From Octopus bimaculoides (Eukaryota): a DNA stretch of 47,473 nucleotides. The notes beneath the pieces are model-generated. The model was not told the DNA's origin, made no database searches, and was given only the letters and a program-made list of their open reading frames with translations. Of the stretch, positions 12,287 to 26,029 are shown piece by piece. The position numbers and the translations under genes are program-made. The number at the start of each line of letters is the position of its first letter. Within the stretch, counting starts at the first letter, position 1. The stretch covers positions 170,272,542 to 170,320,014 of the forward strand of contig NC_068981.1 of the NCBI RefSeq assembly GCF_001194135.2, written 5' to 3'.

Positions 12287-14782
12287 AGAGAGTGACAGAG
12301 ACAGACAGACAGACAGAGACAGAGATGGACTTCGATGTTTCTTCATTTCTATGGCTTATCAACATCACGTACTCGATCACATACTCGACGAGGATCGGAG
12401 ATGAATCGCTTCGTAAGTCCACCATTTTTATGCACATGAAGTGCAAACCCTGTGCGGGATTTCCCGGACGATGCTTACTTGAAATAGAAGCAGGATTATT
12501 GTAATAAAAATGATCAACTACATANNNNNNNNNNNNNNNNNNNNNNNNNNNNNNNNNNNNNNNNNNNNNNNNNNNNNNNNNNNNNNNNNNNNNNNNNNNN
12601 NNNNNNNNNNNNNNNNNNNNNNNNNNNNNNNNNNNNNNNNNNNNNNNNNNNNNNNNNNNNNNNNNNNNNNNNNNNNNNNNNNNNNNNNNNNNNNNNNNNN
12701 NNNNNNNNNNNNNNNNNNNNNNNNNNNNNNNNNNNNNNNNNNNNNNNNNNNNNNNNNNNNNNNNNNNNNNNNNNNNNNNNNNNNNNNNNNNNNNNNNNNN
12801 NNNNNNNNNNNNNNNNNNNNNNNNNNNNNNNNNNNNNNNNNNNNNNNNNNNNNNNNNNNNNNNNNNNNNNNNNNNNNNNNNNNNNNNNNNNNNNNNNNNN
12901 NNNNNNNNNNNNNNNNNNNNNNNNNNNNNNNNNNNNNNNNNNNNNNNNNNNNNNNNNNNNNNNNNNNNNNNNNNNNNNNNNNNNNNNNNNNNNNNNNNNN
13001 NNNNNNNNNNNNNNNNNNNNNNNNNNNNNNATATATATATATATATATAACGATGGAACGCACACACATTAAGATCCATTGTTCCAAAAGAAAATACAAA
13101 AGAAATTATATATGTATGTGTTTGTTGTGTGAGTGTGTGTGTGTGTGCGTGTGCATGCATGCGTGTGTGTGTTTATATGCATAATAAATATGCCAGTATA
13201 TCTACACACATACACATCCATATGAATATGTGTGTAGGTTCTAACACGATTTGAAGCACGTAACATAATTTTTGTTTTATAGATTCCCTTGACATTATAG
13301 ATACAAGTTTTCTTCGCATTCTTTTTAATCAATAGGGTCATTATGTGATTAACTGTTCAATCGACACGTTACTACCGTGTTTTGGTTTCTTATATACTGA
13401 AAGCTGTTAAATGATTATGATGATAAATTTCTTTTTCCTCTTGTTGTGCAGCTCAGGTTAATAGTTTAAAATCACTCTTCGACAAACTTATTCCAGTACG
13501 ATTTCAATGAAAGCAGACACCTTAACATAAATCCTCGTTATATATTATCCTATGAAGAATACGTTCCAATTCTCGAGGCAAGTGACCTGAACTCATCTCA
13601 GGAGAATTAATTAACACTTCCATATTTCTTTGTTTCCTAATGTTTCCTTCCCATTCACAACTCTCCTGCAAGCAAGCAGTATCTCAACGGTAACATTTCT
13701 CTCATTTACAACACAAATGCAGCCAGTATTTAATATGTTTAACCTAACTGAACTCAGATTACACTAGTGAAATTTACCGTTATATCACGTTCATTAACCT
13801 GTTTGTCGGTGCATTTCATAATTCTTTTGTCTTTACGTACAATCCATTTTGAGGAATTTCCTACGCAAGAATAATATCATTTCTTCACAGACTTTAAGTA
13901 ATTTATCAGCATATTAGATTTCTTTGAACAATCTTATAAAGAAAACATTTTCGTCTTCTATTAATTTAAAGTTGCTTTTAGGAAATCGAATCAATATAAT
14001 TTATTATGATTTCAATGAAATATTCAAAAACATTTTCATAGTCAGATTGTTTTCCTTTACAAAATATAAAACAGATACAGTAAAATAAAAACTAAAAAAA
14101 AAGACGAGAAAGTATAAAGAAAATAATATCCAACATTAATATAAAATAAATAATGTATAGAATAATAAAATGATATAAAGCAAAATATATTTTGAAAGAA
14201 AACAAAAACAAGCAAAAAATAAATAAAAAATCTTTTTTTGATTCTATTTTATCCTTCCGTTAAAAGCTGGTGTAGAATTGATACCCACTACTAGATATTA
14301 TTTTTGAAGATGTTAATTTTATTCCGCTTACAGACAGATGAAATGAAAATTATCGGTTTATCATAATCCGAACATATCAGCCGTTTAAATGGCAGAAAAT
14401 ATATGAAAAGAAGAAAATAACAGGACAAAAATAGAAAACAAACAACAACTAGCATATAATTTCTAGTTATAAATCTTTTCGCGAATAAATGATTTATTTA
14501 GTATTTGTATTTGAACAACATTCACAGATCTGTGAGCTGTGGGCAATCACACATCAGGATATAGTTTAGTTCTTCATATCGAAACAACTGCTAATAGTTT
14601 TGCAATTGTAATATGCGTTGGATTTATTATAATGTTTTGAAAGGCTTTAGCAAATCTAGTGTTTACCTATCGCTAGAAGATAGAACGGAAATCGTTAAAT
14701 TCATTGACATACGATTCGAGCGTACTGAACTCTTCGAACAGAACACACTTCCCTCCAGCTCAAGCTTCATGTTACCAAGTAT

Positions 14783-14876
14783 GCATGTGTGTGTGTATGT
14801 ATGTATGTATGTATGTATGTATGTATGTATGTATGTATGCATGTATGTATGTATGTATGTATGTATGTATGTATGC
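14783..14876. repeat. (TATG)n microsatellite
   Basis: Tandem GTAT; a similar array lies at 8738-8822. Confidence 0.95.
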
Positions 14877-15811
14877 GTGCATACATGAATGTATATTTGC
14901 TCAGGTATGTATTATGTTCATTTAGGATTACGCACATGTATGTGCATATGTGTATATTTATAAGTAATGTTGCAAATATAGAGACTTCTTTTCTATCGAG
15001 TGTCTCATAGTCATATATCGTCCCTTTTTTTAACTCCGCCAATCTCTTCTTGTATAAAAATGCATTCTTACGCGTACTCATATATACAAATATATATATA
15101 TACAGGAACATGTCTATACAAATAAATGTAAAAATTTACTTATAAATCAGATATGATTTATGCAGTTATAAATGACAAAGAAATATTTTGAGGAAATTTT
15201 ATTTAACAATAAGAAAATTCAAATATCACGATAAATTATTTCGTAACTTAAAACATGTTGATAACTTATATTATTATATTTAATGATAAATAAATTACAT
15301 ACATATCTATATTGAGTCAAAATCTCAAAAATCTTTCAAAACAATGCAGAAATTAAGCTATGTCCTCATCGTGCTTATGTGTATGTATTTTTGTATATAC
15401 TCTTTATATATCTAATATCATCTGGACAATAACCTTATAACGTGCTTTCCAACGATTCTCTACAGTTATCGGCTACCATATGCTATCATACAGCAAGAAT
15501 TCTCCTTTTTCGGATACATGTGGAAATCTGTAGAGTTAATATCCGCAGAATTAAGACAGAAAAATTGACACAAAAGTATGGAATATACAGATTTTAATTC
15601 AAATCTCTACAGTTTTTTTCTGTCCGATTTTATCAACTAGTAATGGCTGATTGTTTCACATATTATACACATTAATGCATTAAAATGATCCAACAAAAGC
15701 TGTGTTCCTGTACGCCATCAGGTGAGTGAGTTCGAGAGCATCGCTAGATGACCGATACTTTCCCATTGTTTAATCCCATATTCTATTTGTTCCATTTCAT
15801 TGACAATGATG

Positions 15812-15852
<41 letters not shown>

Positions 15853-16169
15853 TTGTATAAAAGAGTTCCAACACTGTTTTTTATGTTTTATTTATATTCC
15901 TGCAGAACTAATGTGGGGTATAGAATATGGAATATACAATATATAACATNNNNNNNNNNNNNNNNNNNNNNNNNNNNNNNNNNNNNNNNNNNNNNNNNNN
16001 NNNNNNNNNNNNNNNNNNNNNNNNNNNNNNNNNNNNNNNNNNNNNNNNNNNNNNNNNNNNNNNNNNNNNNNNNNNNNNNNNNNNNNNNNNNNNNNNNNNN
16101 NNNNNNNNNNNNNNNNNNNNNNNNNNNNNNNNNNNNNNNNNNNNNNNNNNNNNNNNNNNNNNNNNNNNN

Positions 16170-16222
<53 letters not shown>

Positions 16223-17004
16223 ATGCGTGTGTGCGCATGTGTGTGTGTTAATATATATGTGTATATATATTCATATATACTAAATATATTATGTGCATAT
16301 ATATGTGTGTATATATTTATGTATATAAATATTTTTAGAGGTTTGTATTATACATGTATGTGGTTAAATGCATTCATTGAGGTGCAGGGAGTGAGAGAGA
16401 CAGATAGACAGAATGAAAGAGAACTAGCATCAAAGAATGAGTACTCCAGAACATATGATTAATATTTTGATTGCTCTATATATAGAAAGATATTCAAATC
16501 CAATACTTGACAGCCAACACATGAGTACAGTGAAACTGTAGAATGGAAAGAAACTAGTTATATTCTACGTCAGGAAATGGTAAGTACAAATAGTTCAAAC
16601 AGTGGAGAACAGCGTTTTCTGCCGTGAGGAAGAAAAGAAGTCTAGCGGTTCTTGTAGAACTCATCGGTGGAGAGAGAAGAAACAGCAGTAGGTGTTGAAG
16701 AATCAATAAACTCAGATTAGTGTATGCGCATTTGTGCGTGTATGTGTGTAAGAGAGAAAGAAAGCAGGAGATTGAAAGCAGAGAGAAAGAAAGCAGGTGA
16801 TGGAAAGGCAGAGAATGAAGATTTAATAAGTGTGAATGAACGAGAAACGGACTGTTCAAATAGAAAATTAAAGGAACATTAACAAATCTGAAAATCATTG
16901 AGAGAACGTAAAGAAGTAATAATAGAGGGAACACGTGGTAAAACATATACACGTCTATAATTGGATGTGTAGACACAAGTGAGCAAACACCCATGAATAT
17001 GCGC

Positions 17005-17048
<44 letters not shown>

Positions 17049-17393
17049 NNNNNNNNNNNNNNNNNNNNNNNNNNNNNNNNNNNNNNNNNNNNNNNNNNNN
17101 NNNNNNNNNNNNNNNNNNNNNNNNNNNNNNNNNNNNNNNNNNNNNNNNNNNNNNNNNNNNNNNNNNNNNNNNNNNNNNNNNNNNNNNNNNNNNNNNNNNN
17201 NNNNNNNNNNNNNNNNNNNNNNNNNNNNNNNNNNNNNNNNNNNNNNNNNNNNNNNNNNNNNNNNNNNNNNNNNNNNNNNNNNNNNNNNNNNNNNNNNNNN
17301 NNNNNNNNNNNNNNNNNNNNNNNNNNNNNNNNNNNNNNNNNNNNNNNNNNNNNNNNNNNNNNNNNNNNNNNNNNNNNNNNNNGTGTGTGTGTG

Positions 17394-17426
<33 letters not shown>

Positions 17427-17485
17427 GTATTGAACATGTTTAAATGACACTAACCTCTTGCTCTAGTCCATGTAAAAATCTATAC

Positions 17486-17868
17486 TTGGCACTACGTCGA
17501 TTACGACGACGAGGGTTCCAATTGACCCAATCAACGGAACAACCTCCCCGTGAAATTAACGTACAAGTGGCTGAGCACTCCACAGACACGTGTGCCCTTA
17601 ACCTAGTTCTCGGGGAGATTCAGCGTGACACAGGGTGTGAAAAGGCTGGCACCTTTGAAATACAGATAGAACAGAAACAGGAAGAAAGAGTGAGAGAAAC
17701 CTGTGGTGAAAGAGTACAACAGGGGTCGCCATCACCCCCTGCCGGAGCTTCGTGAAGCTTTAGGTGTTTTTGCTCAATAAACACTCACAACGCCTGGTCT
17801 GGGAATCGAAATCGTGATCATATGACCGCGAGTCCGCTGCCCTAACCACTGGGCCATTGCGCCTCCAC
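17486..17868 (-). mobile_element. Full-length tRNA-derived SINE, family B, with 13-bp TSD
   Basis: Minus-strand head GTGGAGGCGCAATGGCCCAGTGGTTAGG (A box) ... TTTCGATTCC (B box). TSD ATGTAAAAATCTA at 17470-17482 and 17869-17881. Second copy at 19120-19478. Confidence 0.9.
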
Positions 17869-17988
17869 ATGTAAAAATCTAAAAGGCTTTAAACTTTTTA
17901 CTACATTTCAAAGTATAATATTGATTTTAAATTTTTGCACGAGACAAGCATTTTCGGTGAGTGGTTAAGTCGATTACATCGAAGCCAG

Positions 17989-18588
17989 GGGATCTTTTTT
18001 AAAACGGGGGCCACATTTTTCATTAATGTTTTACGTAGTGTTTTTGGTACCGAAAGACTTTCAAACTTCGTATACTTATCTATTTTGTGTTATAGAACAG
18101 AAAAATATTTTTGTATTCGAATTTATTTCATGTAAAAAATTGTCTTATTTCGATAATTTCAACCAATCACTGACAAGTATTCAGTTGTTTACATTTACTC
18201 CTTTGGCTCATTAAGCGATGTAAAGCGTATTTAATCTCCATACCTTCGTTTTATTTGCTTTTTTCATTTTAAATTTGCTTTAACCCTAACCCTAACCCTA
18301 ACCCTATGGTTAGGGTTAGGGTTAGAGTTAGGGTTAGGGTTAGGGTTAATTGTTTCAGAATCGTTTGTTTATGTAGTCGGCACTTAATGTATAACGGCTG
18401 AATGGACGTCAGTGATTGGTTGAAATTACAGAAATACGACAACTTTAACATGGAATAATTTATGGATTTCTTTTTTTTTTTAAGAAGACTAAGAGAAAAA
18501 GATGTTTTATATGACACATTCTACCAGTGTTCCAAGTTTCAAAGTGTTTCGTTAATGAAAAATGTGGCCCCCGTTTTAAAAAAGATCC
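17989..18588. mobile_element. Non-autonomous DNA transposon (MITE) with about 38-bp TIRs, 8-bp TSD and central telomeric-repeat hairpin; possibly Merlin-type
   Basis: TIR GGATCTTTTTTAAAACGGGGGCCACATTTTTCATTAA (17990) / TTAATGAAAAATGTGGCCCCCGTTTTAAAAAAGATCC (to 18588). TSD GAAGCCAG at 17981-17988 and 18589-18596. Superfamily inferred only from GG...CC ends plus 8-bp TSD. Confidence 0.85.
18281..18349. repeat. Back-to-back (TAACCC)4 / (GGTTAG)7 telomere-type repeats
   Basis: TAACCCTAACCCTAACCCTAACCCTA-T-GGTTAGGGTTAGGGTTAGAGTTAGGGTTAGGGTTAGGGTTAA. Confidence 0.95.
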
Positions 18589-18764
18589 GAAGCCAGTGTT
18601 GAAGTGGTACTTATTTTATAGACCACGAATAGATGAAAAACAAACTCCATTGCAGAGGTATTTGAACTCAGAACGTAAAGTCAGAAGAAATATGCAAAGC
18701 ATTTTTCCGGCGCGGTAACGATTCTCTCAGGTGGCAGCCATATTTCAAAACATAATATCGGTTT

Positions 18765-18982
18765 CGAATTTTGGAACAACGCCAGAAATTTTGGGTGTGG
18801 GTGTAAGGTTATTCTATTACATTGACTCCAGTGCTGAATTTGGTACTCAATTTATCGAACCAGAAAGGAGGAAAAGTAAAAATCAACCTCAGCGCAATTT
18901 AAACTCAGAACGCTAAAGACGGACGGAAGGCCAGTAAGCATTTGATCTGGCGTGCTAACGATTCAAGCAGCTCGCCACCTTA
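18765..18982 (-). mobile_element. SINE family C copy
   Basis: Minus-strand head AAGGTGGCGAGCTGCTTGAATCGTTAGCACGCC ... CTGAGTTTAAATT (B-box-like); homologous to 42402-42527. Confidence 0.8.
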
Positions 18983-19119
18983 GTTCAAGCTATAATTATT
19001 ATTAAATGTATTTGCATGATATCAATTTACTATGTATAATATAATTGTCAAAGTTGTATCGTCTTAATCACTAATAGACTTTCCGTCATTAAATATTCTT
19101 ACATTATTTTAAAAACGAT

Positions 19120-19478
19120 GTTGGCACTCCGTTGCTTAAGGCGTCGAGGGTTCCAGTTGATCCTCTCAAAGGAACAGCATGCTCGTGAAATTAACGTGCA
19201 GGTGGCTGAGCACTCCACAGACACGTGTACCCTTAACGTAGTTCTCGGGGATATTCAGCGTGACACAGAATGTGACAAGGCTGACCCTTTGAATTACAGG
19301 CGCAACAGAAACAGGAAGCAAGAGTGAGAGAAAGTTGTGGTCAAAAAATACAGCAGGGTTCGCCACCATCCCCTGCCGAAGCTTTAGGTATTTTCGCTCA
19401 ATAAACACTCACAACGCCCGGTCTGGGAATCGAAACTGCGAGTCCACTGCCCTAACCACTGAGCCATTGCGCCTCCAC
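19120..19478 (-). mobile_element. SINE family B copy with slipped TSD
   Basis: Closely colinear with 17486-17868 but with internal deletions; flanks TTTAAAAACGAT (left) and TTTAAAAAAAAACGAT (right). Confidence 0.9.
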
Positions 19479-20092
19479 CTTTAAAAAAAAACGATATAAA
19501 ACAAATTAATATAAACTTTGTCACAAATCGTACCCGTAGTGTTAATGGAGTTATGGTTTCGAACGTAAGCACTTTAAGCACAAGAGACGTAACAGAGTTA
19601 TTTCAAGTGACATAAATACGTCACTAAAATCATGTAGACATGTAAGAATGATATGTCAAGTCAAAATGCAATTATATACAATGTATGTATGTATAAAAAT
19701 TGCATTTTTGTTTATTCGCTCTTCAAGTCCTCACTTTGATAAACACGGAAAATATAGTTCTTAAAATTTGGCACAAAGCCAACAATTTCGGGAACCGGTT
19801 CAAGTCAACTAGATCGATCCCAGTGCTAATGAAGAAAGGTATACTTGTACTTATCTACTTTGCTTAACGACATTAATCAAGCATTTATCGTATTTTTCCT
19901 TCGACATCGTCCTTCTCACACTGCCGCGTTTTGTTGCCTTGTGTCTTATTTTAATCGTTGTAGACTTATGTTCTATTATATTGAAAAACCATTATTTTAT
20001 CTAGTAACATTATAAATAGATATCGTATTTTTGTTTTAGTAGATAAACTTAAACATACACCCTTATTTCTTTTCCGTTCTCGTCGCTTAGAT

Positions 20093-20165
20093 TACGTCGT
20101 GCCTTTGGAATGCTCAGTCACTTCCACGCTTGTTAAAGAGCAGGTAATTCATCTGGTCGAACGAC
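20093..20165 (+). mobile_element. Old, diverged copy of the SINE family B central domain
   Basis: TGGAATGCTCAGTCACTTCCACGCTTGTTAAAGAGCAGG aligns with family B TGGAGTGCTCAGCCACTTGCACGTTAATTTCACGAGCAGG. Confidence 0.55.
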
Positions 20166-21239
20166 TAATACCATAGTCGAATCCGATGGAGATCCATAAA
20201 AACATTCCATTATTTATTGATAAATTCTACTATATTTATGTATTCAACTTCCATATAATTGCTTACGTTTCTTCCACCAATGAGTTCAAAGCATAACTTA
20301 AACGAGCTTTTTGAATGCTCAGTCATCAGGCACTTGTCATGGGAATTTGATTGTCTTTTTCGGAACATTAACATAAGTGTCCAACTTATTTAAATATCTA
20401 TATAGCAAATGATTGCTGTCGTCAAAATTTTCTTTATCCCTACTGATAGTATTCCTTCCCAAAATATTCAATTTTGCACTTTCATACAGCTACCAACAGA
20501 AAGGTCCCTTGTTATACACACACACACATACACACACATACACTCACAGACACAGACAGACACACACACACATATAATATACACTCTCACGAATACATAC
20601 ATACAAGCACAGACACACACTCAGACGCTCATATATATAAATTAATAAATAATATTAGTGTGCATATGTGTACATGGCCCTGCGTTGTATTGTTTCATGT
20701 TTGAGTCTTAGGTATCGCTATTATATATATTTAATCCCACACCGACATATGCATTCATGGGTATGTACAGGCCTATGCACTTCTTTTCTTTGGTCTGCAT
20801 GTGCATCTATCTGTGACTTTCTCATTCTATATATGTATAAGGCGCGTGCCTGCGTTGTATGTGGATGTGTGTATTATATGTGTTTTTAGAAATATCTGCA
20901 TGTGTATACCATCTCAGATTAAGCTGACATAGGAAAATAAATGTACGAACACAGACAAATATGTGCATATGCAGGCATGTGTTTGCGCTTTCATGAATTT
21001 ATTAACAATATAGATATGACGCAAAGGATTATGTCAATGGTGATATATAATATAATTACTTGCACTTTCGGATCACTCGGTATATATTACTAGTATATAC
21101 TCGTTTGCGTATGTATTCATGCACATTCAACTATTCTGCACATTCTTCGTTTTGCATGTACATACATCGAATCATTCTTCAATGACTGATGGATGCGTTT
21201 ATGCATGTATGTATGAAGTTATGTATGTATGAAGTTATT

Positions 21240-21274
<35 letters not shown>

Positions 21275-24200
21275 TCATAGGTAAATATGTTCACACGATA
21301 TTTTTATATAATTTTATTGAGAAGAGATATGCGTGTATGTGTGTCTGTGTACTCGTATACACACACGCACACACACATATACCTACACACGTATACATAT
21401 GTATGTCGTGCGTCTGCGTGTATGTTATGTGTGTGTATATTTCAATATACTTACATGTGTATGTTTGTAGCAAACTTTGAAAAAGATCAGATCGCCAAAG
21501 CATTAAGTCATTTATAATAAAAGCTCGTTTGGGAAAGTGGCATGAACATATAATCAGAAAAGATGACAACAGAATCGTTAAACAGTCAAACGAAGGCAAA
21601 TATTCAAAACATAAAGCAACAGCGAATTACAGAGAACACCATTAAGTGCCTCTTGAGAAATGGAACGTTGCTGGGAATAATCGAAAAAGCGTTGTCAGGG
21701 CCGTTTTGCTATTAGGAATAAATGTCTTGAGCAAGAAACTGTCAGGCTGTGATGATATGATTTGAATCATTCAAAAATAAGAGTCATACTAAGGTTTGCA
21801 GCATTCACATCGTGTTCGTCTAATGATATCTTAGAAAGGGAAAAGGTAGAATTTTAAAGTAACTTATATACTCGGTAATTAATTCTTGCTATCTTGGGAG
21901 TGTGTAAAAATGCTGTGGTATCAATTGTTTTTATTGGAATTTTATTGCATTATACATACACACATATACTCATATACATATATATTAATATATGCGTGAA
22001 AGAATGTATGCGTGTGTGGTTTTTATGAGGTTTCTATTTACTCCTGTCATNNNNNNNNNNNNNNNNNNNNNNNNNNNNNNNNNNNNNNNNNNNNNNNNNN
22101 NNNNNNNNNNNNNNNNNNNNNNNNNNNNNNNNNNNNNNNNNNNNNNNNNNNNNNNNNNNNNNNNNNNNNNNNNNNNNNNNNNNNNNNNNNNNNNNNNNNN
22201 NNNNNNNNNNNNNNNNNNNNNNNNNNNNNNNNNNNNNNNNNNNNNNNNNNNNNNNNNNNNNNNNNNNNNNNNNNNNNNNNNNNNNNNNNNNNNNNNNNNN
22301 NNNNNNNNNNNNNNNNNNNNNNNNNNNNNNNNNNNNNNNNNNNNNNNNNNNNNNNNNNNNNNNNNNNNNNNNNNNNNNNNNNNNNNNNNNNNNNNNNNNN
22401 NNNNNNNNNNNNNNNNNNNNCAATGTCCTACTTCAGTAAAAACTTGAAAGGTGAGAAATAAAATAGTTTTTCATCACCTACATTGTAAAACGATGGCTGC
22501 ATCTTAGGGAAGATAACCCCCCCTCTCTTTCTCATTTGTTTATTTCCTTTCAACTTTCCTCTGAAGTGGAACACTGTCTGAAGTCTAAAACATTGTATTT
22601 TCCACTCTTCTCGATATGTTCACATAATCATTTTATGGATATTACTACATAATTCTTGCCGCCGCAGACCAATACCAAATCACTCAGTGTTTGTTAGATT
22701 ATACACACGCGCACAAACACACACACACACACACAGATATATTTACATATAAAATAAGGAATGTAAATATCGAAAGTAGAAAAAAACTGTGAAAATAGAA
22801 TTCGAAGATACCGCTATAGAGAGAAAACGGAAAATGGTCAGCAGAATCGAACATTGTACCACTCAAATTCCAAGTGAGCGATCGTTACCTCCGAGATAAA
22901 CAGGCACTGACAGTGGTAGCCTCTTTTGTAACACTGGTAACTTATTGAAATGTGAAGACATTTTAAAAACAAGTGATGAAGCGTCGAGTGAGTTCTTTTC
23001 GAAATTAATATCTCAAACGCAATAGGATAGACGTGAAAACAGCTTCAAGAAACCGGCTGAAATTACCCCACTTAGACAGAATAAAGAGTGACCAGCAGCC
23101 GCTACGGTTATATATATCTCTTTATCTATCTATCTACACACCGAAAACAGGTAGTGAGCGTATTCCTTACCTTCGCCTATAAATACACATATACACACAC
23201 TCATAAATACACATAAATAATTAAATAAATGTCATACACCGTGTCTCACGATATGCACTTAAACATCATAAACGAAGAATCGAACTCCTGATACACGAGT
23301 TAATTTATGTTGAAAATACAGCTGACAATTCTTATTTAAATCGACCGTTATTTCATATATTTAAAATATATTAACGTTTGTAAGTGACTTTCAGCTCTCA
23401 GGTACATACGTTACATTCCAAAGTAGGAATTGTTTTATGCATTTATAATAACGGTTATTCAATTTTCTTGAAATGAAAACTTGTATGTTGTAAAGTGCAA
23501 TCTAAGGCATAAGAAAATGTAGTTTTCGTTAGTTTAAATAGAGTTTTTTGTAGCGTTTATCATTGGTGAGTCATATCGTCATTTGTAAAGTGGAACTTAG
23601 AGGAATTAAAAAGAACTAAGCTCAATGGTTAACATGTAACACAGTATTATCTATTTCAATTAAATATGTCTAGAATTTATCATGTAAATAACGAATAACA
23701 TTGCGTTTATATGTCATAAAAAAACTTATTGTTCAGTATATTTTTGAAAGGATAATAGATTGGCTTTGATGCAATATTTATCTTATTATTGCTCTATTTT
23801 CTGATACCAATCTTGCAACATGTCAATTTTTCGCCTGTACTCGGCATTAATACTGGTTAAGATGAATATTCAATATACAACACAAAAAATCTTTATGAAA
23901 CATATATACGCACGCTGTATACATAAACGTATTACGTCAATATTGTTTGGTCATGTATAGAAAATATGGCGTTGTTTGTGATAAAGTATCAAATGTATAG
24001 AGTATTGTTAATCTGTTCTCTGACATTACTGGAATGCAGAAAGTGTTGAATGAGAGTATACATTGTTTAATAAATCAGTAACCCTTTCAGTGATACACTG
24101 TGATATAATGTAATATATTATTTAATGATACACATACTTTGCACTAATGTACATTGCAGTGCATACGTTTATAGCATACTCTAGTAGTATAATTATTATT

Positions 24201-25879
24201 TTCTTTTACACTTTAAAAGTGCTAAGTATTATTAAACATAACAAAAATGTCCAGATGATATGCTATGGCATACTTATGAAAAATATTTACTATTATGGTT
24301 ACAAAATATGATTCTAAATAATTAATTTCGGAGATGGCTGTGGTGTATATCATGTGAGGAACCGTTGAACAATAAATATACTTGAGCTTATGTACTCTTG
24401 AATTACAAATCATGGATGCGAAATATGTGCTTCCCAAAATGCGTTCTGCTCATTAGATGTTTTTGTGTGAGTATGTGTGTATGAACGTAGTAATTGGCAT
24501 TTGTGTTTAAGGGTGTGTGTGTGTGTGTGTGTACGTTTTCCGGGAAGATTGTTCGTGCACGCTGATACATCGTTGTATGCAAGCATATGGGAGTCTGTGT
24601 GTTGGTGAGACAGAGAGAGAAGCAGAAATAGAATTGCTGTACTTTGTCGGTGTATTGCAATTACAATGAGTATACACTAATGATGTATATTGTGAGAGAG
24701 TATATATGTTGTGAACTAAACTGTGGTGGTGGCGCTGCTACTAATGACACTAGAGACGGTAGTGGCGGTGGTGAAACGCCAATGATGCGTCCATACGTGT
24801 TTGTGTGTGTATCTGTGCACATGTGTGTGTGTTGCTCTGTAACTGTGTGCGCGCGTTCGTAGGTGTGTAGAGTTAGTGACAATAGTTTTATATCTCAAAA
24901 TTAGTCTTTGATATAGCGTGATATCCCTTGTTAATATCACTTAATTGTTTCTCATCATATTCCATTAACACCCTTATCGCAAGTTTCGTTACATCTCGAT
25001 TATATTCTTTTGATATAAGAAGATGAAAAGGTCTAGATATCTCAAAGTCGTAATATATTATATATGTCGTGTTTATTAGCTCACTCAAATCGAACCAATG
25101 TCTGACTTAGCGGAAATCGTGATTCTGATAGGAATCAAAAACAGAAAAAGGAAAAAGAATGAGTTGAGAGTAGTCGAAGGGGGTTTTGATGGGGATAGAA
25201 GGTATTAGATTTAAATAACATCTTGTATTAAATGAAATGGAATTCTTACTTTTAAGTAAACGGATTTCTCACTATAACAGATGAAAGAGATGAGACTGTT
25301 CGACGCCCGTACATCTCTTAAAATCGAACCCGGTCCTTCAATCATTTTTTATCTTTCCTCTTGTTTATTCCGGCGTCTACAATTGTGGTGCGTCTCACAA
25401 TGCTGCGCCAGGGATCTTTGTCTCATATTAGATTTAGTAGATCCTCAATTTTATGTTGTGTGTCTCTGCTAATAATAACAATGTAGTTGAGAGATATTAA
25501 GCTCCTATTAATGTGCGGAAGCGTCCAAACAAAATATCATCTGATTTGACCTGTTTTTCAGTACAAAACCAGTGGTCATGACAGAATACTTTGCGTTGAG
25601 TACTAACAGTTGAAATTTGTGGCGTATTTTCATAAAACTCCTCCTTGGCCTTGTGTTCACGTCATGAAATGCTTTGGATATGCATTGCAAACTTTGTGTA
25701 AGTACGAAAAACTGGAGATTTTTTAATCGAAACTACAGACACAAGATGTTTCTTCGGCTGGTTATGAACTATGAATAGTCTGGGCTTTACCTATCTGATG
25801 TAAAATAAAATCACAATAATTGCAAAATAATTAGAGAGACAGTTATATATATANNNNNNNNNNNNNNNNNNNNNNNNNN

Positions 25880-25969
<90 letters not shown>

Positions 25970-26029
25970 AGCTCGTTGATGTGTATTGAAAAAGACCTCA
26001 TTGATATGTATTGGATTACTCTTGTCTGG

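Larger units (their letters stand above)
17929..18740 (-). mobile_element. tRNA-derived SINE, family C, split by a MITE insertion
   Basis: 17929-17988 joined to 18597-18740 reconstitutes the sequence of uninterrupted copies (18765-18982, 28776-28945). Confidence 0.8.

Noticed and set aside
17780-17868. tRNA gene
   Set aside because: A and B boxes are present but continue into a 380-bp repeated body with TSDs, so this is a SINE head. The same applies at 19478, 36747 and 42402.
18281-18349. Telomere-telomere chromosome fusion site
   Set aside because: A fusion gives (TTAGGG)n-(CCCTAA)n. The order here is reversed, the array is tiny and it lies inside a TSD-flanked MITE.
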